Part shown: one piece after another, positions 9,101 through 20,774 of the stretch | Layout: each line of letters begins with the position of its first letter | Position numbering within the stretch: the stretch's first letter is position 1 | Assembly (NCBI GenBank): GCA_046758705.1 | Contig: JBHIAT010000051.1 | Location: 1 to 20,774, forward strand | Source: Candidatus Bipolaricaulia bacterium | Lineage (GTDB): Bacteria > Bipolaricaulota > Bipolaricaulia > JBHIAT01 | DNA length: 20,774 bases | Direction: 5' to 3' | Notes under the pieces: generated by a model | Told to the model about the DNA's origin: nothing | Seen by the model: only the letters and a program-made list of their open reading frames with translations | Database searches by the model: none | Position numbers and translations under genes: made by a program

Positions 9101-9467
9101 TCTCGGGATCGGGGAACTCGATAGCGCGTTGGACTGCTGCCGGGAGGCCCTGGAATTGGCCCACAACACTGGGAATCGCTATGAAGCCGGGATCGCCGAA
9201 CGGTATCTGGGGCAGGCCTATGCCAAACAAGCGAAGTGGAATGAAGCATCGCAACATGTGAAACGGAGCACCGAGTTGCTCGAGGCGATCGGTGCCCGAC
9301 CCGAGCTTTCCAGGAGCCTGCTCAGCTTGGGTCTGATATATCAGCAACAGGGCAAGCCCGATCGCTATCGGCGCCACCTCTCCCGAGCGATCGAGATGTT
9401 CAACGGGATGGGAATCGAGTGGGAGCTGACATGGGCTGAGGAATATTTGGATTTGGATGATCGGTGA
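6108..9467 (+). CDS. SARP-family (wHTH + BTAD) transcriptional regulator with STAND/AAA ATPase and C-terminal TPR repeats
   Basis: N-terminal LRVQLFGPFQL..KAQALLKILL wHTH; BTAD (ALYQGEFL..DW..EPYRED.YRQLM); Walker A GEAGIGKT; Walker B LVLFLDDLHWVD; TEGNPFF; FSHDKVREVIY; TPR-like helical repeats. GGGGGAG RBS. Confidence 0.93.
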   Translation: MGLRVQLFGPFQLWRDDQPIPPGDWKSEKAQALLKILLTDPGRTFTHDQFIDWLWPEADPDKAQKSLRPLITRVRRILEPELKRGPQSQYIFTRPSGYCFNPEADCIIDSEVCKKHLQQAHQLESKDQFERVIQEYEQAVALYQGEFLAEDRYADWAISHTERWQGIYLDTLSQLAECHARLAQYRRAIARCNQILEIEPYREDTYRQLMLYYYLAGDPERAVQIYERYRTRLRDDLETEPLPETQELYQQIVDRDIPGIDEVYQPVSVVERSPVPALLSRIPFIGREAEYAALVNHVEEVATGAGRMIFVYGEAGIGKTRLIQEFIHYAHHHYQTRSLRGRCHEMGMGLPYQPLIDAIRGELSRLDPQVIDIQPLWLAEVADLVPELHDLIPDLPDNPSLPPELKRNRLFEGTTQFLIGLAQTGKPLVLFLDDLHWVDPSTFDFLNYLLPRIRQEPILVVGAFRSEEVADVDHPLIRLMQEGERQELLHRIELPRLSYEAVHQLLVEMSSALSEPFCERIYQETEGNPFFIVAVLQNLFAEGALRIVEAGRWISDIDDITTNYRELMIPKQIKDVIRRRVARLGEAEQQLLKLVAVIGRRSEFDLIQQAWGGEPETFLDPVERVTDAQLLVESEQGYEFSHDKVREVIYNEEISAPRRRLLHGTVAETIEALYQDNIEEHGEELAYHYQRSGDLEKALHYLILAGDKATALYAYQEAGEYYQNALEVLDQLPHTLEHLRRGIDLRLKWVNASYYSEPEKNLKILERARQMAEEIEDPDRMARTHDVMGRMYYLQGDQAAAVDQANKILGMAEVIADEALMTFPYKVLGIALHYRKEYPQAIDHLQRGIALIERLGEAVLDYISEDVAHFYGMLGITYAEIGDFDRGFHYVEKAIEIAQRVNDLYRLGLEYAFLMKVFMEKGAYRRALELSPKALELSQRWGNEFSIALIHGGKGICHTRIGEYREGMPHLQKGIQMERDLGITLQLGLGIAELGHAYLGIGELDSALDCCREALELAHNTGNRYEAGIAERYLGQAYAKQAKWNEASQHVKRSTELLEAIGARPELSRSLLSLGLIYQQQGKPDRYRRHLSRAIEMFNGMGIEWELTWAEEYLDLDDR

Positions 9468-9477
9468 ACGAAGCTGA

Positions 9478-9500
9478 CCTGTCGGTTGCCGGCCGACGGG
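9478..9500 (+). terminator. imperfect hairpin after the SARP-STAND stop codon
   Basis: CCTGTCGGTT-gcc-GGCCGACGGG, a 10-bp stem with three G:U pairs; weak U-tract. Confidence 0.35.
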
Positions 9501-9501
9501 A

Positions 9502-9531
9502 TTGATGGACAGATCGAAGATCTGTTAAACT
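9502..9531 (+). promoter_or_regulatory. putative promoter of the lptD-like/ligA genes, with a palindrome in the spacer
   Basis: TTGATG (9502-9507), 18 bp, TAAACT (9526-9531) with an extended TGn; the spacer contains ACAGATC-gaa-GATCTGT. Confidence 0.5.
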
Positions 9532-9585
9532 ACTCCGGAGGGGCTGAGCCGTCGAGGAACCGGCGAGTCGGTCTCCACCCATGAG

Positions 9586-14562
<4,977 letters not shown>

Positions 14563-14602
14563 GGTGAAACCTTCCTTCTTCTGCCTGATTCCAACTGGGC
14601 AT

Positions 14603-14631
14603 TTGCAATGGCCGGTCTGCAACAGTATATT
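14603..14631 (+). promoter_or_regulatory. sigma70-type promoter for mreB
   Basis: TTGCAA (14603-14608), 17 bp, TATATT (14626-14631); overlaps minus-strand TATAAT (14629-14634) and TATACT (14624-14629) hexamers. Confidence 0.6.
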
Positions 14632-14674
14632 ATACACGATCGGATATCCTAAAACTTTAAAGAGGGATGCACCC

Positions 14675-15688
14675 ATGTTCGGAATGACAAAGCTAGTAGG
14701 GATCGACCTGGGGACGGTGAACACACTCGCCTACACTCAGGAGGAAGGGATCATCTTGGAGGAGCCCTCCGTTGTCGCCATTGCTGATGGTGACAAAGTG
14801 TTGGCCATTGGGAGTCGGGCTCACGAGATGGTGGGAAAGACACCGAGCAGCATCCAGGCAATCCGACCGCTCAAGGACGGTGTCATCGCCGATTTCGACA
14901 TCACCCGGGAGATGATCCGGCGGCTGTTTCTTGAGATCCGTAAGCAGACCGGGGCCCTCAGAACCCTGAAGGTGGCTGTCTGCGTCCCGTCGAGGGTGAC
15001 CGAGGTGGAGAAGCGAGCGATCCTCGACGCGACGCTCCAAGCGGGAGCAAGGCGGGCGTTTTTGATCGAGGAGCCAATGGCAGCGGCCATCGGGGTGGGG
15101 CTAGATATCGGTGCTCCGCGAGGAAACATGATCATCGACATCGGCGGGGGAACGACCGACATCGCGGTCATCTCCTTGGGGCGGATTGTGGTCGATAGCT
15201 CCATGAGACTCGGGGGCAACGAGTTCGATCAGGATATCGTTAAGTTCGTCAAGGACCGCTACAGCCTGATCATCGGCGAGAACACCGCTGAAACGGTCAA
15301 GAAGCAAATCGGCCGGGCGATTCCCCATGACGACCCCGAGATGATAGAGGTCAAAGGGCGGGACATGGTCAGCGGACTGCCGCGTACCGAAGAGATCACC
15401 TCGCTTGAGGTCCATGAAGCACTGACTGAACATTTAGACCAGATCGTTCAGAACATCAAAGGGGTGTTGGAACGGACCCCTCCGGAGCTGGCCGCCGATA
15501 TCATCGATCAAGGGATCGTGATGACCGGGGGCGGTTCATTGTTGCGCGGGATCGACCAACTGATCAGCGATGCCACCCTGGTTCCGGTCTCCATCGCTGA
15601 GGACAGCCTGCGGTCGGTGGTCAAGGGAGCCGGTGCCGTTCTCGATGAGATCAGGCATATCGAGACGTTGGAGATGATCAAGCGTTAG
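14675..15688 (+). CDS. mreB: rod shape-determining protein MreB/Mbl
   Basis: [52 protein letters not shown]; start ATG 14675 after an AGAGGGA RBS. Confidence 0.96.
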   Translation: MFGMTKLVGIDLGTVNTLAYTQEEGIILEEPSVVAIADGDKVLAIGSRAHEMVGKTPSSIQAIRPLKDGVIADFDITREMIRRLFLEIRKQTGALRTLKVAVCVPSRVTEVEKRAILDATLQAGARRAFLIEEPMAAAIGVGLDIGAPRGNMIIDIGGGTTDIAVISLGRIVVDSSMRLGGNEFDQDIVKFVKDRYSLIIGENTAETVKKQIGRAIPHDDPEMIEVKGRDMVSGLPRTEEITSLEVHEALTEHLDQIVQNIKGVLERTPPELAADIIDQGIVMTGGGSLLRGIDQLISDATLVPVSIAEDSLRSVVKGAGAVLDEIRHIETLEMIKR

Positions 15689-15755
15689 CCCGAGCCCGAG
15701 TACGGGTAGACACCGACGCGGCTACCTCCACGTCACACACCCTGGGGAGGGGTTC

Positions 15756-16658
15756 ATGAGCATCCTGATCGATGAGAACACCCGGGTTCTGGTTCAGGGG
15801 ATCACCGGGAGCGAAGGACGTTTCCACACCGCCATGATGGTCGAATACGGCACGCGGGTTGTGGCCGGGGTGACGCCTGGGAAGGGCGGGAGTGACGTCG
15901 ATGGGATCCCCGTCTACAACACGGTTGAGGCAGCAATGTCCGCTCATCAGATCGATGCGACGGCCGTGTTCGTCCCGGCACCGTTCGCCGCCGATGCGAT
16001 TCTGGAGGCGGCCGCCGCCGGCATCCGGCTGATCGTGGCGATCACCGAGCACATCCCGGTCCACGATATGCTCAAGGTCTACTCTATCGTGCGGGGCCAG
16101 GGGGCGACGCTCATCGGGCCCAACTGTCCTGGCGTCATCTCACCGGGCAAGTCCAAGATCGGGATTATGCCCGGTTCGGTCTTTGCCCCTGGCAGGGTCG
16201 GGGTCGTGTCACGGAGCGGAACGCTGACTTACGAGATCGTCGATCAGCTCACCCAGGCGGGATTCGGCCAGTCGACGGCCGTGGGGATCGGCGGCGACCC
16301 GATCATCGGCAGCAACTTCGTCGAGATCTTGGCGCAGTTTGAGAATGATCCCGAGACCGAGCTGGTCGTCCTGGTGGGGGAGATCGGCGGGACCGCCGAG
16401 GAGGAGGCTGCCGAGTTCATCGCCGCTGAGATGGACGTGTCGGCCGTTGCCTACATCGCTGGCTTCAGCGCTCCACCCGGAAAGCGAATGGGACATGCCG
16501 GGGCGATCATCTCAGGATCAGGGACCGGGGAGACGGCTGAGGCGAAGGCGGACGCGCTTGAAAAGCGGGGAATCCCCATCGGCCGGACCCCCGCACAGCT
16601 GGCCCAGTTGGTCAAACAGTCCAGAGCCCGGAGTTCGAAGTCCGAAGCCCAAGCCTAA
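15756..16658 (+). CDS. sucD: succinate--CoA ligase alpha subunit
   Basis: [54 protein letters not shown], and MGHAGA (phospho-His). Confidence 0.97.
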   Translation: MSILIDENTRVLVQGITGSEGRFHTAMMVEYGTRVVAGVTPGKGGSDVDGIPVYNTVEAAMSAHQIDATAVFVPAPFAADAILEAAAAGIRLIVAITEHIPVHDMLKVYSIVRGQGATLIGPNCPGVISPGKSKIGIMPGSVFAPGRVGVVSRSGTLTYEIVDQLTQAGFGQSTAVGIGGDPIIGSNFVEILAQFENDPETELVVLVGEIGGTAEEEAAEFIAAEMDVSAVAYIAGFSAPPGKRMGHAGAIISGSGTGETAEAKADALEKRGIPIGRTPAQLAQLVKQSRARSSKSEAQA

Positions 16659-16694
16659 GGGCTAGCTCGGGTTCTCCCGGGCTCCTCTCTTATC

Positions 16695-17783
16695 ATGGGA
16701 TTCCGTTGTGGATTGGTCGGCCTGCCGAATGTCGGTAAATCGACGATCTTCAATGCGCTTTCCGCCGCGGGAGCCCGGGTAGAAAGCTATCCATTCACCA
16801 CCATCGAGTCGCAGATCGGAGTGGTCGAGGTCCCTGACGAACGGCTCGAGCGACTCGCCGCGCTCTATCCCGACAAACGCAAGGTTTCCACTACTCTCGA
16901 ATTCGTCGATATCGCCGGTTTGGTCAAAGGGGCCAGCCAAGGCGAGGGGCTGGGGAACCAATTCTTAGCCGAGATCAGGAACGTAGATGCCATCGCCCAG
17001 GTGGTGCGCTGTTTCGAGGACGAGGGAATCGCCCACGTCGACGGCTCTCTCGACCCGAAGCGCGACATCGAGGTGGTGGAGACCGAACTGCTCCTTAAGG
17101 ATCTGGAGACGCTGGAGCGTCGGCTCAGGACAGCGAGGCGGGAGACGAGGACAGGAGATAAGGCGGCCGTCGAGATCCAAAGATTCTTCGAGCGTGTCCA
17201 CGAGTCGGTCGCCGAAGGTCAGCCAGTACGCGAGCTCGAACTCTCCGATCACGAACGGGACCGGCTCCGCGACCTGAGTCTACTCACCGCCAAGCCGATT
17301 TTGTATGTGGCCAACGTCGGAGAGACGGGGGAGAATCGCTATTCCGAAATCGTAGAACGGATCGCCGCCGAGCGGGGCGCCGAGTGCGTGGTCGTCCTCG
17401 GTAGCATTGAAGCCGAGATCGCCGAGACGGCCGAGACCCTGGAGGAGCGGAGCTTGTTCCTCGAAGAGTGGGGCATCAAGGAATCGAGCTTGAACCAACT
17501 GATCCGGGCGGGTTATCGGTTGCTGAGCCTGATTACCTTCTTCACCACCGATGGGCCGGAGGTGCGTGCCTGGACCGTCCTGATCGGGACGACGGCACGT
17601 TGGGCCGGAGGCAAGATCCACAGCGATTTTGAGGACCGATTCATCCAGGCGGAGGTGGTCCAAGTTCAGGATCTTCTCGAATACGGCTCGACCCAGAAGG
17701 CCCGGGAGACGGGGGAACTCAAGCAGGTCGGGGAGGAGTACGTCGTTCAGGACGGCGATGTGATCCACTTCATCGTCGGATAG
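16695..17783 (+). CDS. ychF: redox-regulated Obg-family ATPase YchF
   Basis: GLVGLPNVGKST, YPFTTI, FVDIAGLVKGASQGEGLGNQFL, LLTAKP..YVANV, TGS domain ending YVVQDGDVIHF. Confidence 0.96.
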   Translation: MGFRCGLVGLPNVGKSTIFNALSAAGARVESYPFTTIESQIGVVEVPDERLERLAALYPDKRKVSTTLEFVDIAGLVKGASQGEGLGNQFLAEIRNVDAIAQVVRCFEDEGIAHVDGSLDPKRDIEVVETELLLKDLETLERRLRTARRETRTGDKAAVEIQRFFERVHESVAEGQPVRELELSDHERDRLRDLSLLTAKPILYVANVGETGENRYSEIVERIAAERGAECVVVLGSIEAEIAETAETLEERSLFLEEWGIKESSLNQLIRAGYRLLSLITFFTTDGPEVRAWTVLIGTTARWAGGKIHSDFEDRFIQAEVVQVQDLLEYGSTQKARETGELKQVGEEYVVQDGDVIHFIVG

Positions 17784-17825
17784 GCGAGACACACCACGAT
17801 CAGTTAAATCTCTGACACAGTCACA

Positions 17826-18758
17826 ATGGACCTGGTTATTTGGATAGTCGTCCTCTTAGCAAGTTTGACCGTTCTGATAAAATCCTCCGATTATTTCACA
17901 GATTGTGCCGAAAAAATAGGGTTATTTTTGGGCATCCCTGCTTTTATTGTCGGTGTGACTATTGTAGCCTTCGGTACCTCCCTTCCAGAGCTTATTTCAT
18001 CCGTTCTGGCTGTAGTAAGAGATACTTCAGAGATCGTGGTTGGGAATGTGGTCGGTTCGAATATAACCAATATATTCCTTATCTTGGGGCTCACTGCGAT
18101 CGTCGGCCAAAGGCTGAAAGTGACCTATGAGATCACTCATGTCGATCTCCCGTTAATGGTGGGTGCAGCATTCTTGGTGGCCGTCACCGTTTGGGATGGT
18201 GCTTTTACGCTGCCCGATGCCCTGCTATGTCTCGCAGGTATTGTCATCTATCTGCGCTACACGATGGCTGCGAGGCGGGAAGCGGAAGATGTTGAGACAG
18301 AAGAAGGGAAATTAGACCTCAAAACCTTGATGATCCTCGTTGCTAGTGGGGCGTTTATCTACCTGGGTGCGAATTATACCGTCGAATCGATCATCAAATT
18401 GTCAGAGATATTGGATATAGGGGAAGAGATCATCGCCGTGAGTGCTGTGGCATTGGGCACTTCGTTGCCCGAATTGACGGTCGGCATTACGGCCGCCAGA
18501 AAAGGGAAACCGGAAATCGCGATAGGAAATGTTCTGGGTTCAAACATATTCAATTCTTTTGCTGTGATGGGTATCCCTGCTTTATTTGGGACTTTAACCA
18601 TTCCGAATAGCATTCTGACAGCGAGTTTACCCATTATGTTGATCGCCACATTACTCTTTTTCTTCGTCGCTCAGGAGAAAGTGGTCACAAAATGGGAAGG
18701 ATGGCTGCTTGTCATCTTTTATGTTTTCTTTATTGGGAAGATATTTGATTTATTCTAA
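17826..18758 (+). CDS. calcium/sodium (cation:Ca2+) antiporter, YrbG-like
   Basis: Two alpha repeats, AFGTSLPEL...GNVVGSNITN and ALGTSLPEL...GNVLGSNIFN; about 10 TM helices; visibly AT-richer than its neighbours. Confidence 0.93.
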   Translation: MDLVIWIVVLLASLTVLIKSSDYFTDCAEKIGLFLGIPAFIVGVTIVAFGTSLPELISSVLAVVRDTSEIVVGNVVGSNITNIFLILGLTAIVGQRLKVTYEITHVDLPLMVGAAFLVAVTVWDGAFTLPDALLCLAGIVIYLRYTMAARREAEDVETEEGKLDLKTLMILVASGAFIYLGANYTVESIIKLSEILDIGEEIIAVSAVALGTSLPELTVGITAARKGKPEIAIGNVLGSNIFNSFAVMGIPALFGTLTIPNSILTASLPIMLIATLLFFFVAQEKVVTKWEGWLLVIFYVFFIGKIFDLF

Positions 18759-18760
18759 CT

Positions 18761-20640
18761 TCACGATAACGCTTCAAGCAGCGCCTTAGCCTGTTTCAAA
18801 TCTGCGGTGTCAAACCCTTCGCTGAACCAGTCGTAAATTTCCGCCAGCATCTGCCGGGCTTTTTCTTGCTTGCCCTGTTGCTGCAACAGACGACTCAAGC
18901 TCATTACCCCCCGCACTAAATGAAACATCCACAGTCCCCGCAGCACCGGGAAGAGCTGAGGAGTTTCTCCCACCTGCCGGCACAGCTCTCGTGCCCGAGC
19001 ATAGGCTTTTCCCGTTTCCGGGGCTCCATAGCCCTTAGTGGCCGTCAGCGGCACACCCAGAGTGATTTGCAGTGTGAGTTCTTGCTGGATGCGCTCGGGG
19101 GCCTCCGGCAGCGTCTTGAGCACCTCCAGCCCTTTCGTGAGATGGTTGATCGCTTCCACATTGGCCGAGCGCTGGACAGCCCTCTGACTTGCCTGAATCA
19201 GATACTCAATCGCCTTCTCCCGCATCTCCCCACGATAGCTCGGCAATCCGCCCAGAATACTCCTCCAGACGATCGACGTAGATCCGTTCCAACGTTTCCC
19301 CCACCTGTTGATGGAGCCACTTGCGCCTCGGCCCGCTGATCTCGTCGTAGTAGACCACTTCCCAGATCTTGTCGTGACTGAATGCGAGTGCATAGTCCTC
19401 CATCACCATCGCCCGCTTGTTCCACCTCCACCAGCAATTGGGCCTGGGTTAACCCGTCTAACGCCTCTAAGGTCGATCGGGGCTCTTCCCCCTGGGTTTG
19501 CTGGAGCAGTTCAAACTCGAAACGTCTTCCGATCACCGCCTTGATTTGCTTCGGAATCATCAGTTCCTGATAGTTGAGGGTGATGTCGTCGATGTCGCTG
19601 ACCCATCTCCCGGCTTCGGTAATGCGAAGCGCCCCTTCGGCGAACAGGTTTTGCAGCACAGCCACGATGAACAGCGGATTGCCCTCCGTCTCCTCGTAAA
19701 TCCGTTTATAGAACGATTCGCCGATAGCCGGGGACATCTCGGCCAAGAGCCGGTACACTGCCTCATAGGAGAGCCGGGACAGTTCGATACGATGGAGGTC
19801 ATCCAGAAACAACACCAGCGATTGGTCGATTTGAGCCAGGCCGATGAGGAATTGGGTCGCTCCTTCAAACAGACGATTTCGTTTCAACTCGAGGGGCAGG
19901 GACGGGTTTTCAGGCAGGGGTTCAGTATCGAGTTCCTGATTTAGCAAGGTTCGAAACCGCTCATGGATGCGGATCGCCTGGTCGGGATCCCCGGCAAGAT
20001 AGTGGTAAAGCATCAATTGCCGGTAGGTCTGCTCGCGATAGGGCTCGATCTCCAGGATCTGGTTGTAGTGGGCGATCGCTCTTCGGTATTGAGCCAAACG
20101 GGCATGGCATTCAGCGAGCTGGGACAGGGCATCGAGCTAGGTCTGCCGCCAGCTTTCCGTATGAGGGATGGCCCAGTCCTCGTAGCGATCCTCGGCGAGG
20201 AAGTCCCCCTGATACAGGGTCACCGCTTGCTGATATTCTTGAATGGCTTGTTCAAATTGGGTGTTTGATTCCAGTTGCCTGGCTTGGTTTAGGTGGTTTT
20301 TGAAGGCTCGGGTGTCGATGACACAGTCCGCTTCGGGGTTGAAGCAGTAGCCAGAGGGACGGGTGAGGATATATTGGGATTGCGGACCGCGTTTGAGCTT
20401 GGGCTCCAGAATGCGGCGCACCCGGGTGATCAGCGGTCGGAGGATGTGCAATGCTTTATCGGGATCGGTGTCAGGCCACAGCCAGTCGATGAGTTGATCC
20501 TGGGTGAAGGTGCGGCCGAGTTCGGTCAGCAAGATCTTGAACAGGGCTTGAGCCTTATCACTCCTCCAGGCTTCCGGTGGAATCGGCTCATCATCACGCC
20601 AGAGTTGGAACGGTCCGAAGAGCTACACCTGTAGCCCCAT
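18761..20640 (-). pseudogene. degraded paralogue of the SARP-STAND-TPR regulator at 6108-9467
   Basis: Starts ATGGGGCTACAGGTGTAG versus ATGGGGCTACGGGTGCAG in the intact copy; 55/60 and 48/60 nt identical over the first two 60-nt blocks. TAG at 20623-20625 and 20137-20139; frameshifts at ~19400 and ~19238; internal deletions remove Walker A; ends ...FSEGFDTADLKQAKALLEALS*. Confidence 0.92.
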
Positions 20641-20667
20641 GATCGGCCCCCGACATCACGATAATCC

Positions 20668-20697
20668 AATATATTTCGGAATGATGATCCGTGTCAA
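20668..20697 (-). promoter_or_regulatory. promoter of the pseudogene, homologous to 6046-6074
   Basis: TATTTGACAcggatcatcattccgaaaTATATTG versus TATTTGACAccgatcatcatgcgaagTATATTG; spacer 18 versus 17 bp. Confidence 0.75.
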
Positions 20698-20732
20698 ATA
20701 GATTCCCAGAGAAGCCCCGGGTGGTCTCCCTG

Positions 20733-20761
20733 TTGAGTGTTTCTAGAAGATGAGATATACT
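20733..20761 (+). promoter_or_regulatory. putative promoter for a gene beyond the right edge
   Basis: TTGAGT (20733-20738), 17 bp, TATACT (20756-20761), divergent from the pseudogene promoter. Confidence 0.5.
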
Positions 20762-20774
20762 TCTGTCACCACGA

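Noticed and set aside
6108-9467. Avs/NLR-type anti-phage defence protein
   Set aside because: The N-terminal module is a wHTH-BTAD transcription activator rather than a nuclease, TIR, SIR2 or protease effector, and no defence genes are adjacent. A defence role is not excluded but is unsupported here.
20137-20625. Both in-frame stops in the paralogue are TAG, suggesting amber recoding (Gln or pyrrolysine)
   Set aside because: They align to different residues in copy A (Gln CAG and Tyr TAT). mreB and ychF end in TAG at their expected C-termini, and the gene also has frameshifts and deletions.
18761-20640. Copy B as a pure mis-assembly duplicate of copy A
   Set aside because: About 10-20% divergence in the aligned blocks, with many synonymous changes and a different 3' end, shows it is a distinct paralogue.

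Overview
Bacterial chromosomal window of moderately high GC; the gene style suggests a diderm lineage, but taxonomy cannot be established from this sequence. Left arm (minus strand): TetR regulator, MMPL/RND transporter, a frameshifted UMF1/Atg22-type MFS transporter and two hypothetical membrane proteins. Divergent from tetR is an intact 1119-aa SARP-type (wHTH-BTAD) + STAND ATPase + TPR regulator (6108-9467). Next is a housekeeping block: LptD/OstA-like protein, ligA, DUF501 (minus), mreB, sucD, ychF and a Ca2+/Na+ antiporter. The right end holds a degraded, inverted paralogue of the SARP-STAND gene (20640-18761) that keeps its promoter. It has two amber stops, two frameshifts, three exactly in-frame deletions at short direct repeats (plus an inferred fourth) and a different C-terminal TPR region. 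Three signals stand out. (i) The tail-to-tail paralogue pair, with alternative sensor tails, brackets the housekeeping block. (ii) The second copy has been 'skeletonised' in frame at microhomologies. (iii) A 44-bp non-coding element occurs twice (69-112 and 2881-2924) with the geometry of a SARP-activated promoter. No rRNA, tRNA, CRISPR array or transposase was recognised.
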